A stretch of 62,962 bases of DNA from contig CAZYOA010000010.1 of assembly GCA_964648665.1 (NCBI GenBank), forward strand, positions 1 through 62,962, in the 5' to 3' direction. Origin of the DNA: an uncultured Planctomycetales bacterium (GTDB lineage Bacteria; Omnitrophota; Gorgyraeia; Zapsychrales; Aceulaceae). Positions 44,063 through 52,786 of this stretch are shown here, one piece after another (the first letter of the stretch is position 1; every line of letters begins with the position of its first letter). Made by a program: the position numbers and the translations under genes. The notes beneath the pieces were generated by a model. The model was not told the DNA's origin, did not search any database, and worked only from the letters and a program-made list of their open reading frames with translations.

Positions 44063-44139
44063 AATAATCCGATAGAATAATACTATTAATATTAATATTT
44101 ATAAGAAGTAAACCTACACTCTTTATTGGAGGCTGCGGT

Positions 44140-45864
44140 ATGCAGGATTGTTTAACGGTTTTTCTTAAAAAATATTTTTGTAAGCTGATTTTGTCTTGCA
44201 AATTATTTTTTAAATCAAGATTAATAGAATTTAGATCTCAATATAAAATTTGGGCTAAAGCTTCTCTTCCGTATCTAGGCATTTTCATTGCTTTAGCGGC
44301 TTGCTACAACACTGTTTTTCGTTATGGCTATGCGCATCACGATGAAGTCAATTTCTTTCTTTATGGAAAAACTTATATTCTTCACTCTGTAAGACTTTTT
44401 GTCTTGTCTATGGGGCGCTTCATTGGCGCTTATATTGCTACGGGTTTAAATTATCTTGTAAATTCTTTATTTGATCTTAAGGTGACACGCTTTTTTATGA
44501 TTGTTCAGCTTTGGATTTCTGCTTGTATTTTGATGCGATGGCTTAAAAGTCATTTTTTATCAAAGCGAGATGCATTTCTTTTTAGTGTCGCACTTTTTAC
44601 GCTTCCTTCTTTTGAGATTATGGCGTCTTTTGCGGCAGGATTTAATAATTCAACTGGCGTTTGGATGGGGCTTTTGTCTGGAGTTCTTGCCTTTGGCATG
44701 TCGATTGAAGGTACAATTTTATCCCGTATCAAATCAAAGTCGTTTATTTTCTCTGTCATATTCTTTATTTTAGGTCTCATGGCTTATCAGCCTTCAGCTG
44801 TGATATTTTGGATTATTCCAGCACTAGTTATTTTGTTTTCATCTTTAGATAAGTTTGAAGAAACAAAACAGCGCTTGATTAATATTTTTGTATCTGGTTT
44901 TTTTGCGTTAGGGATTTATTTTCTTATTCTTCAGGTTTTCAAAAAAATGCTCTCGCAAATTGCAGGAGGGTATAACCCATATAGTCTTTCGACTGATTAT
45001 TTTGGAAAAATATATTGGTTTTTCTCAGAAGCGGTTTCTAATTGTCTTAATTTCTGGAATGTCTTTCCTAAAAGTTTATATGTTGTCTTGGCATCAGTTT
45101 TTATAGGATTTTTAACTCTTGTTATTTTGACTTTACGAATCAAGAGAGCGCAAGAGTCTAAAGAGGTAAAGAGCATCAGCATTAAGATTATAATTCTTTC
45201 TTCTGTGTTTTTATCGTGCCTGTTCTTAAGTTTTTTACCAAATCTCTTATCAACAGGAAATTTTGCATTTTATCGATGTCTTTCGGGACCAGCAACAATT
45301 ATTCTTGCTTTGCTTGTTTGGGGCATTTGGCGCATGACACAAATTTTAAAATTTCAATCGCGAAATGTTTTTTCTCTTTTGCTGGCGATTTTAATGATTT
45401 TCGGACTTCTTAGGGCACATCATAACGTTTTTCGTTATATTGTTTTTCCAGGATATATTGAAATGGATGTTATGAAAAATGTCTTGAGAAATGAATTTGA
45501 AACCTATAAGCGAATTCATATTATTCATGCCGATCAAGACAAGTTGAAAACTTATTATGATGAATTTGGACTTGTATCATCGAGCATGGCACAGAATCGA
45601 TTAGGCTTGGTTTCAGGCGGATATACTGAGATTTTTAAGCAAGATAATATGTTTCTTTATGGCATTCTTTTTGATTTTGATTTGCAAGAAGCAGAATTTT
45701 TATTTGTTCGCAATGACGATAGAGAAAGTGGTTTAGCATTTAAAAAAATTATTACAAGTTCAGCAAAAAAGCTTAAAACACCTTTTGATGAGCCAACTCT
45801 TGTTATAGACATGACGCGCCTTTATAAGACGGGTGCTCCTCTAGAATATCTTTTAATCCCATGA
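44140..45864 (+). CDS. Polytopic membrane protein, GT-C / glucosyltransferase GtrII-like
   Basis: About 10-11 hydrophobic helices, an acidic HHDE loop after TM1, AYQ and FYR motifs, and a soluble C-terminal tail. GGAGG RBS near 44128. Confidence 0.6.
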   Translation: MQDCLTVFLKKYFCKLILSCKLFFKSRLIEFRSQYKIWAKASLPYLGIFIALAACYNTVFRYGYAHHDEVNFFLYGKTYILHSVRLFVLSMGRFIGAYIATGLNYLVNSLFDLKVTRFFMIVQLWISACILMRWLKSHFLSKRDAFLFSVALFTLPSFEIMASFAAGFNNSTGVWMGLLSGVLAFGMSIEGTILSRIKSKSFIFSVIFFILGLMAYQPSAVIFWIIPALVILFSSLDKFEETKQRLINIFVSGFFALGIYFLILQVFKKMLSQIAGGYNPYSLSTDYFGKIYWFFSEAVSNCLNFWNVFPKSLYVVLASVFIGFLTLVILTLRIKRAQESKEVKSISIKIIILSSVFLSCLFLSFLPNLLSTGNFAFYRCLSGPATIILALLVWGIWRMTQILKFQSRNVFSLLLAILMIFGLLRAHHNVFRYIVFPGYIEMDVMKNVLRNEFETYKRIHIIHADQDKLKTYYDEFGLVSSSMAQNRLGLVSGGYTEIFKQDNMFLYGILFDFDLQEAEFLFVRNDDRESGLAFKKIITSSAKKLKTPFDEPTLVIDMTRLYKTGAPLEYLLIP

Positions 45865-47096
45865 TCAAAGAAAAACAATTAATTCCTGAACTTGTTGCGC
45901 CGGCTGGTGATTGGCCAAGCCTTATTGCTGCTATTGAGAATGGTGCAGATGGTATATTCTTTGGTGTTAAGGGTTTGAACATGCGAAACTTGGCAAGCAA
46001 TTTTGATCTTCTAGAAATTAAAAAAGTTATGAGTTTTTTGCGTAAGCATGACAAAAAAGGATACTTAACTTTAAATATTGTCGCAAAAGATAGTGACATT
46101 GCGTTTGTTCAAAAGATTTTACAAGAAGCAAAAAAGGCAAAAGTTGATGCGGTTATTTTATGGGATATGGCTATTCTGTCTTTAACTAAAAAGATAGGAT
46201 TGGATATTCATCTGTCAACGCAGGCAAGTGTTTCGAATTTAGAATCTATTAAACTTTATGTGAGCCTTGGAGTAAAGCGTATTGTTTTGGCTCGGGAATG
46301 TACGTTAGCAGATATTAAGAAGATTATTAAAGGGATTAAGAAAGAAAAAGTTGATTGCGAGATTGAAACTTTTATCCATGGAGCGATGTGTGTTAGCATT
46401 TCAGGCCGATGTTTTATGTCTGAGCTTACTTTTGATAAATCAGCGAATCGTGGAGAATGCTTACAGCCTTGTCGACGAGAGTTTGTGATTAAAGATGTGG
46501 ATAATGAAAGCGAATATATTTTAGGTAAAGATTATGTGCTAAGTCCAAAAGACTTGTGCAGTATTGATTTTATTGATGATTTGATTAAAGCGAAAATTCA
46601 TTGTTTTAAGATTGAAGGACGCATGCGTTCGCCTGAGTATATTGGCGTGACAACATCAGTTTATCGAAAAGCAATGGATGCTTATTTTAACAAAAAATTA
46701 AATGTGGCTCTTAAAGTAAAATTTAAAAAAGAACTTCAGACGGTTTATAATCGAGGCTTTTCATCTGGATTTTATTTTGGTATGCCTTCAAAAAAAGATA
46801 TGAGCAAAGGCCTTGGTCATAGTCATGAAAAAGTTTATGTTGGGGATGTTAAGAAGTTTTATAAGAAATTAAGTGTTGCTGATATTCGTATTCGCACTAA
46901 AGAAATAAAAAAAGGGGATATCATTCTTTTTTTAGGTGCCAAGACACCAGGGTATCGTTGTAAAGTTTTAGAAATACAATCTGATCATCACTCCGTCCAA
47001 AAAGGTCAAAAGGGAGATGCCGTTGGCATCAAGCTTCCTTTTATCGTTCGGCCAAAAGATAAAGTTTTTCTTTGGAAAAAGAAGAAGAAAATCTAA
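45861..47096 (+). CDS. Peptidase U32 family protein
   Basis: PELVAPAG, ADGIFFG, STQASV, RIVLARE, ETFIHGAMCVSISGRC, NRGECLQPCR, FKIEGR, YNRG. ATGA overlap with the upstream gene. Confidence 0.93.
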   Translation: MIKEKQLIPELVAPAGDWPSLIAAIENGADGIFFGVKGLNMRNLASNFDLLEIKKVMSFLRKHDKKGYLTLNIVAKDSDIAFVQKILQEAKKAKVDAVILWDMAILSLTKKIGLDIHLSTQASVSNLESIKLYVSLGVKRIVLARECTLADIKKIIKGIKKEKVDCEIETFIHGAMCVSISGRCFMSELTFDKSANRGECLQPCRREFVIKDVDNESEYILGKDYVLSPKDLCSIDFIDDLIKAKIHCFKIEGRMRSPEYIGVTTSVYRKAMDAYFNKKLNVALKVKFKKELQTVYNRGFSSGFYFGMPSKKDMSKGLGHSHEKVYVGDVKKFYKKLSVADIRIRTKEIKKGDIILFLGAKTPGYRCKVLEIQSDHHSVQKGQKGDAVGIKLPFIVRPKDKVFLWKKKKKI

Positions 47097-47341
47097 TTAT
47101 CTTAAAGTTCTAGCAAGACCTAGAATAATCCCAGGAAGTAAAATAGCGAATGTGATACTGCTGGGATTAAACAAAAGCTTTCCGTGTTTATTCTTTTTTT
47201 TTATTATCTTTTCGATAATTATTAATGCAATGCTGGTGACAATAAAAGCAGGATAAAAAATAATTATTACGATGTAAAATAAGATTAGTCTTATAAATAT
47301 TTCGTAACTATTTAAGTAATGTACCTACTAAAACTCGACAT
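47097..47341 (-). pseudogene. Possible small two-TM membrane protein with a single frameshift near the 5' end
   Basis: GGGAG RBS then ATG at 47341 gives MSSFSRYIT*. The adjacent frame is open as ...YLNSYEIFIRLILFYIVIIIFYPAFIVTSIALIIIEKIIKKKNKHGKLLFNPSSITFAILLPGIILGLARTLR*, with TAA directly abutting the U32 stop. The 245-nt span is one base short of in-frame. Confidence 0.3.
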
Positions 47342-47361
47342 ATATAAAAATCTCCCGCCCC

Positions 47362-47389
47362 TTGTTTTTTCGCCATTATATGCTATATT
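47362..47389 (+). promoter_or_regulatory. Putative sigma70 promoter for the subtilase gene
   Basis: TTGTTT-N16-TATATT with an extended -10 TG, about 120 nt upstream of the ATG. Confidence 0.4.
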
Positions 47390-47509
47390 TTCTGTAAATC
47401 TAAACAATAAATAGGAGATCTCTTTAGGTGCTGAGTCTGTCTCGGCGTATCTGAAAAAGATGTCTATTCCATTTCATTATATTAACAGTCTACTCACGCG
47501 AGGATTAAC

Positions 47510-50500
47510 ATGAGAAATTTTTTCATAGTCAGTGTTGTCATTATATGTGTTTTTTTGAATCTTTCAATTCCACAATATGTATTTGCTGTTTCTGATGATG
47601 TGCGTCGCACTGATGTGGTTTCTAAAGGAGCAGATCCTTTGGTTGATGCTGAGTACGGTGTCGAAGTATTTACGCAGCCAGTAGATGATTTTTTGCTTCC
47701 GAATGACTATCGAAAGGATCGTATTATAATTCGCTTTAAAGAAGGCTCTGGTCTTGGTGCTGTTGCTGCTGATTTGGTGAATGAGAAGATGAAATTTGAA
47801 ACAGTTACTGGCGATTGGGCGCTTGATAGCATTAACGAAATGTATGGTGTAGTTGCAATAAAACCGTTAATTACAAGTGAACTATTTAGTTTGCAAACAA
47901 AAAAAACAACGCGTTTTTCTTCTGATATAGCACAGGCATTAGAGATTCGGAGAAATGCTCATATTGCGACGAGTATCGTAGGTATGAATGCTCGCTATCC
48001 TGACCGCGCACGGTATGCGGATAGTGCAAAACAAATTGCCATTGCGACAAAACTTTCTAATACATTCATTGTGACATTTGATGCAGATAAAGATAACCTC
48101 CAAGAAATCAAGGCGGCATATATGCAAGATTCTGCTGTCGTAGAAGCTGAGCTGATACAAGCGGTGTATGTTAATTTTGAGCCAACGGATCCGTATTATT
48201 CATCATCAGGAAGCTGGGGGCAAGATTTTTCAGATATGTATGGTTTGCGTCCAGATTTTCTTCATTGTGGTGATCCTGTTGAAGATGAAGGTGCATGGGC
48301 GCAATCAAAAGGAGAAGGAATCGTGGTTGCGGTTATTGATAGTGGTGTTGATTATAATCATCCTGATCTTGTTGATAATATGTGGCAGGATGCAGAGGGA
48401 CATTACGGATATGATTTTGCCAATGGCGATGATAATCCTATTGATGATCATGGTCATGGAACGCATTGTGCAGGGACTATTGCTGCAGTCGAGAATGGTT
48501 TTGGAGTGATTGGGGTTGCGCCATCTGCAAAGATTATGGCAATCAAAGGTCTCAAGGCTAGTGGTAGGGGATATACGGATGTACTTTCCGCAGCCATCAT
48601 GTATGCTGTTGAAAATGGTGCTGATATATTAAGTAATTCGTGGGGTGGTGGTGGCAATTCAGGTCTTCTTACAGAGGCGTTTGATTATGCACATGCAAGT
48701 GGGTGTGTGAGTGTTGCTGCAGCGGGAAACAGTGCGCGTGATGCTGCGTATTTTACGCCTGCAGGAATACAGAGTGTTATTACTGTTGCTGCAAGTGATT
48801 CAAATCACGAACGTGCAAGCTTTTCAAATATTGGTACTAAGATAGACGTGTCTGCGCCAGGTGTTGATATCCTTTCCTTAAGAGCTGCAGGGACTGATAT
48901 GTATGGTACAGGAACTCATATTGTGAATGATGATTATTATTATGCAAGTGGAACATCAATGGCGTGTCCACATGTTGCAGGTGTTCTTGCCGTAATCAAA
49001 TCTGCTAATCCTGATTACAGTAATGAGGAATTACGTTCTGCATTGCGTGCCTCAGCTACAGACTTAGGTGCGATAGGATTTGATACCCAGTTTGGTTCTG
49101 GATTAGCGAATGCAGATGCAGCACTTGACATTGTGTCACCGATTGCTGCAAACATCTTTTCAATTGAACAGATTGATAATCAAACGATTGAGGTTCGTGG
49201 TGTTGTGTATGGAGATTCATTTAGTTCGTATTTCCTTGAATACGCAGAGTCGTTAGAAGGACCATGGATGACGGCAGACAATATTGTTCCTGGAGAAAAA
49301 CAAGGGACACTTAATCCTGACGGGAACATCAGCTATCCAGTTTTGGGTACTGTTGATCCAGAGGGATTATCTGGATTCGTGTATGTGCGTTTGACTGGGT
49401 ATGATCAAAGCAATGATTCTTATCAGGATTTCATTAATACTATTATTATTGAAGAGCAGAAGTCAGGGTGGCCAGTCAATGTGTTTGACGAGGAGCAAGG
49501 TATATCCGCTTATCCTATTTTTAGCTCACCAATGGTTGCAAATATTGATAATAGTGCTGATGGTTCAGAAGAAGTTATCGTGAATGCTATCGGCGGGTTG
49601 TTTGTTTATGATGCAAATGGGACTATCCTGAGTGGCTGGCCTAAAAATTATTTATGGCCGCAAGGGAGTGGTGGTTTTTCAACACCAGCTATTGCTGATC
49701 TAGATGGTGATGGTGATATGGAAATTATTGCAATGGGATATGATGGTTCAGGCTCTGTCGGGGATTTAACTATTTTTGGCACTAATGAGCCTGTCGCAGG
49801 ACTTCATATTTGGCATCATGATGGCAGTCGTTATAATGATCAATGGCCACAAACATTGGAAAATCATTTGCCTGGGTTACTTAGATTGACGTATCTTGGG
49901 TATTCCTCTCCCAGTGTCGGCGATATTGATGCTGATGGCGCGCAGGAGATTGTTATTGCAGTACGATATGGTGCAGGAATGGGAGGAGAAACCCGCTGTG
50001 CTCTTTTGGCATTTGAACAGGATGGCAGTTTAGTTGTTGACTCACAGAATACTACACAATGGCCGCGTTTTCTTAGTGTAAATAACATTCTCAGCGGGAG
50101 ATTGTTAGAATGCTCGCCAACGCCGTTGCTTATTGATTTGAACCATGATGGTATGCTTGAAATTGTACAAGGAGTTAATTTCAGGAATCAATCTGTTATA
50201 CCGCGAGAGTATTATTCAGAAATAAAGGTGTTTGATGCGTATGGGAATACTCCCGAAAACACGCAGTGGCCTTGGATTTCTGATACAGTGACTTTGGGTA
50301 ACAAAAATTTAGTTGCAGGAGATGTTAACGGTGACGGAGACATCGAAATTATTGCGCAGACGAGTTCTGGAGCAGTAGGATACCCTACAACGAAGATATT
50401 TTCTTGTGAAGGTGACGAGATAGCAAGTATTGGTGCTTGGGCAACGCTTTCAGCTAACTTTTCTCTTGCAGATATGAACGACGATGGGACGCCTGAAATT

Positions 50501-52666
50501 ATTTATATAACCCAAAATAGGAAATTGTATGTTTCGTCGCTAGAGGGCGATCAGCTGGTGCCATTGCCAGGGTGGCCAAAAGTGTACCAGACTGCCCTTG
50601 TATTTGGGAATACCGTTCCTTCTGCAGGTCCGAGCATTGCGGATGTGGATGGAGACGGCTACGCTGATATTGTAGTGATTGCGAATGCTGGGTCTGATAA
50701 CCCGTATGCCTCATTAAAGGCTTTTGATAGGTATGGAAATCTACTCAACGGGTGGCCTAAATATGTTCAGCCTTTTGACTTGATATATTCGCAGCCAACT
50801 ATTACAGATATGGATAATGATGGGCAGGTTGATGTTTTAGTGGGGAATCTTTTTGGGCAAGTGTTAGCGTATGGGTTGGAGTACCAGTTTAACCCTGAGG
50901 CACAAGAATGGCCAATGTTTCAGAAGAATCTCAAGCATTCAGGTGTGCATGGCGAGGAACCAGTGGTTCCGAATTATGTACCGACTGCATATGCAGGGCC
51001 TGACATTACTATTGATGAAAATATAGAGGTTGTGTTAGTTGGATCAGGATATGATCCAGATGGATTTATTGTTAATTATGCATGGGAACAAATCGATGGT
51101 CCAGAAGTGACACTTGAAAATGCGAATGAAGCGACGGCATCGTTTAGTGCTCCTGCTGTGGAGGATACGACATCTATTACATTTAAGCTTACTGTCACAG
51201 ATAATGACGATGCAACAGCATCTGATGTAGTTTTTGTGACTGTCACTAATGTAAATATGGCGCCTGTAGCTGATGCTGGTGAAGACGTAGCAGCGAATGA
51301 ACTTTCAGTAGTAACTTTAGCTGGATCTGGATATGATCCAGATGGATTCATTGTTAGTTATGCATGGAAACAAATTGACGGACCAGATGTTGTTCTTGAG
51401 AATTCGAATGAAGCAACGGTATCGTTTAGTGCTCCTGCTGTGAGTGAGCTGACAGAGTTGACATTTAAACTTACTGTTACAGATGATGACGATGTGACAG
51501 CAAGCGATGAAGTCGTTGTGATTGTCAATAATATAAATGTGGTGCCTGTAGCCAACGCAGGAGTAGATCAACAAGAGGCTTTAACATTCCCTAATATATC
51601 AGCAAGCATTATTCTTGACGGTACAGCTTCAAGCGATCCAGATGGAACTATTGAAAGTTACTTATGGACCGAAGGTGATGATCAGTTAGGTACAGGGGTA
51701 ACTCCAGCTGTAGACCTTACTGTAGGCGTTCATATAATTACATTAATAGTCACTGATAACGATGGTGCAAGTGATATTGATGATGTCGAAATAATAATTA
51801 ATCAAGCTCCAATTGCAAACGCCGGAGTAGATCAACAAGAGGCTTTAACATTCCCTAATATATCAGCAAGCATTATTCTTGACGGCACAGCTTCAAGCGA
51901 TCCAGATGGAACTATTGAAAGTTACGTATGGACCGAAGGTGATGATCAATTAGGTACAGGGGTAACTCCAACGGTAGACCTTGCTGAAGGTGTTCATACA
52001 ATTACATTAACAGTTACTGATGATGATGGTGCAATTGGCACTGATGATGTCGAAATAATAATTAATCCAGCAGGTAATCAAGTTCCAATAGCTGATGCAG
52101 GAGAAGATCAAAAAGGCTATGCATGGTATCCAATGACGTTAGATGCGACGCAGTCGTATGATCCTGATAGCGGGCCAGAACTTCTTACGTATGCATGGCA
52201 ACAGATTGATGGTCCGGTGGAGGTTATGTTTGTTCTAGATCAAGAAGGTATTATTTCTTTTGAAGCACCGTTAGTACATGAAACGACAAATTTCATATTT
52301 AGGGTTACGGTGAGTGATGGGATTGATAGCAGTGAAGACACTGTCCAGGTTTTTGTTGAACCGAATACGTTGCCACAAAAAGAACAAAGCAGGATGTTGT
52401 TTTCTGTTTATGAAAATGAAAAGTTCACTTATGATTTAACTGAAAATATTTTTGATCGAGAGACAACGCCGCTGCTAGGCTATACATGGGAGCAAGTGTC
52501 TGGTGTCCCTGTGACTGAGGGAGGAGTGCACGATGGCCAAACAATGGTTTTTGCTACACCATCAGTTGCGTCGACGCAGAATTGCATGTTTCGCGTGTTG
52601 GTCCATGATGGATCAAAAGATATTTCTTATCATATTGCCATAAGAGTATTGAATGTTGATCAATGA
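47510..52666 (+). CDS. Secreted S8 subtilase with FG-GAP/VCBS repeats and PKD-like domains
   Basis: N-terminal signal peptide and propeptide. Catalytic triad VAVIDSG, HGHGTHCAG, SGTSMACPHVAG; oxyanion AAGN. Multiple DxDGDG repeats. C-terminal P.A.AG.D...DPDG.I..Y.W repeats. Confidence 0.95.
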   Translation: MRNFFIVSVVIICVFLNLSIPQYVFAVSDDVRRTDVVSKGADPLVDAEYGVEVFTQPVDDFLLPNDYRKDRIIIRFKEGSGLGAVAADLVNEKMKFETVTGDWALDSINEMYGVVAIKPLITSELFSLQTKKTTRFSSDIAQALEIRRNAHIATSIVGMNARYPDRARYADSAKQIAIATKLSNTFIVTFDADKDNLQEIKAAYMQDSAVVEAELIQAVYVNFEPTDPYYSSSGSWGQDFSDMYGLRPDFLHCGDPVEDEGAWAQSKGEGIVVAVIDSGVDYNHPDLVDNMWQDAEGHYGYDFANGDDNPIDDHGHGTHCAGTIAAVENGFGVIGVAPSAKIMAIKGLKASGRGYTDVLSAAIMYAVENGADILSNSWGGGGNSGLLTEAFDYAHASGCVSVAAAGNSARDAAYFTPAGIQSVITVAASDSNHERASFSNIGTKIDVSAPGVDILSLRAAGTDMYGTGTHIVNDDYYYASGTSMACPHVAGVLAVIKSANPDYSNEELRSALRASATDLGAIGFDTQFGSGLANADAALDIVSPIAANIFSIEQIDNQTIEVRGVVYGDSFSSYFLEYAESLEGPWMTADNIVPGEKQGTLNPDGNISYPVLGTVDPEGLSGFVYVRLTGYDQSNDSYQDFINTIIIEEQKSGWPVNVFDEEQGISAYPIFSSPMVANIDNSADGSEEVIVNAIGGLFVYDANGTILSGWPKNYLWPQGSGGFSTPAIADLDGDGDMEIIAMGYDGSGSVGDLTIFGTNEPVAGLHIWHHDGSRYNDQWPQTLENHLPGLLRLTYLGYSSPSVGDIDADGAQEIVIAVRYGAGMGGETRCALLAFEQDGSLVVDSQNTTQWPRFLSVNNILSGRLLECSPTPLLIDLNHDGMLEIVQGVNFRNQSVIPREYYSEIKVFDAYGNTPENTQWPWISDTVTLGNKNLVAGDVNGDGDIEIIAQTSSGAVGYPTTKIFSCEGDEIASIGAWATLSANFSLADMNDDGTPEIIYITQNRKLYVSSLEGDQLVPLPGWPKVYQTALVFGNTVPSAGPSIADVDGDGYADIVVIANAGSDNPYASLKAFDRYGNLLNGWPKYVQPFDLIYSQPTITDMDNDGQVDVLVGNLFGQVLAYGLEYQFNPEAQEWPMFQKNLKHSGVHGEEPVVPNYVPTAYAGPDITIDENIEVVLVGSGYDPDGFIVNYAWEQIDGPEVTLENANEATASFSAPAVEDTTSITFKLTVTDNDDATASDVVFVTVTNVNMAPVADAGEDVAANELSVVTLAGSGYDPDGFIVSYAWKQIDGPDVVLENSNEATVSFSAPAVSELTELTFKLTVTDDDDVTASDEVVVIVNNINVVPVANAGVDQQEALTFPNISASIILDGTASSDPDGTIESYLWTEGDDQLGTGVTPAVDLTVGVHIITLIVTDNDGASDIDDVEIIINQAPIANAGVDQQEALTFPNISASIILDGTASSDPDGTIESYVWTEGDDQLGTGVTPTVDLAEGVHTITLTVTDDDGAIGTDDVEIIINPAGNQVPIADAGEDQKGYAWYPMTLDATQSYDPDSGPELLTYAWQQIDGPVEVMFVLDQEGIISFEAPLVHETTNFIFRVTVSDGIDSSEDTVQVFVEPNTLPQKEQSRMLFSVYENEKFTYDLTENIFDRETTPLLGYTWEQVSGVPVTEGGVHDGQTMVFATPSVASTQNCMFRVLVHDGSKDISYHIAIRVLNVDQ
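50990..51532 (+). repeat. Tandem pair of PKD-like units, 282-bp period
   Basis: GSGYDPDGFIV.YAW.QIDGP...LENxNEAT.SFSAPAV occurs twice; GGATC anchors at 51041 and 51323. Confidence 0.8.
51551..52067 (+). repeat. Near-identical tandem pair of PKD units, 264-bp period
   Basis: ANAGVDQQEALTFPNISASIILDGTASSDPDGTIESY...DDVEIIIN at 51551-51803 and 51815-52067, with long identical DNA stretches. Confidence 0.9.
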
Positions 52667-52786
52667 TGAATCGTAAGTAATCAAGGGCAGCAGGTCCCAA
52701 CCTAAGATGGTGCTTGGAGAATATATGAAGTAAAGTGGAAGAATGGCAAGAGGTATGGGAATGGAAATATCAAAGCAAGCTTTATC

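Noticed and set aside
773-43942. Dozens of short ORFs on both strands inside the giant gene
   Set aside because: They are antisense or off-frame shadows with F/L/S/I-rich composition typical of AT-rich coding DNA, and none has a recognisable motif.
242-44062. Giant ORF as a product of stop-codon recoding or of collapsed repeats
   Set aside because: It is open in the standard code, TGA terminates neighbouring genes, and internal duplicates are diverged in DNA. Misassembly cannot be fully excluded without reads.
242-44062. Inteins or Hint autoprocessing domains as the explanation for the junctions
   Set aside because: I found no C-x...H-N-(C/S/T) splice-junction pattern at the boundaries by eye. 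An HMM search would be needed to be certain.
44063-44139. AT palindrome TATTAATATTAATA after the giant gene as a terminator
   Set aside because: There is no GC stem or U-tract, and such palindromes are expected by chance at this AT content.
47017-47256. 79-aa plus-strand ORF overlapping the U32 3' end
   Set aside because: It overlaps a confident gene and has no RBS. The opposite strand gives the more protein-like reading.
51076-51574. Paired similar antisense ORFs in the subtilase 3' region
   Set aside because: They are shadows of the duplicated PKD units.
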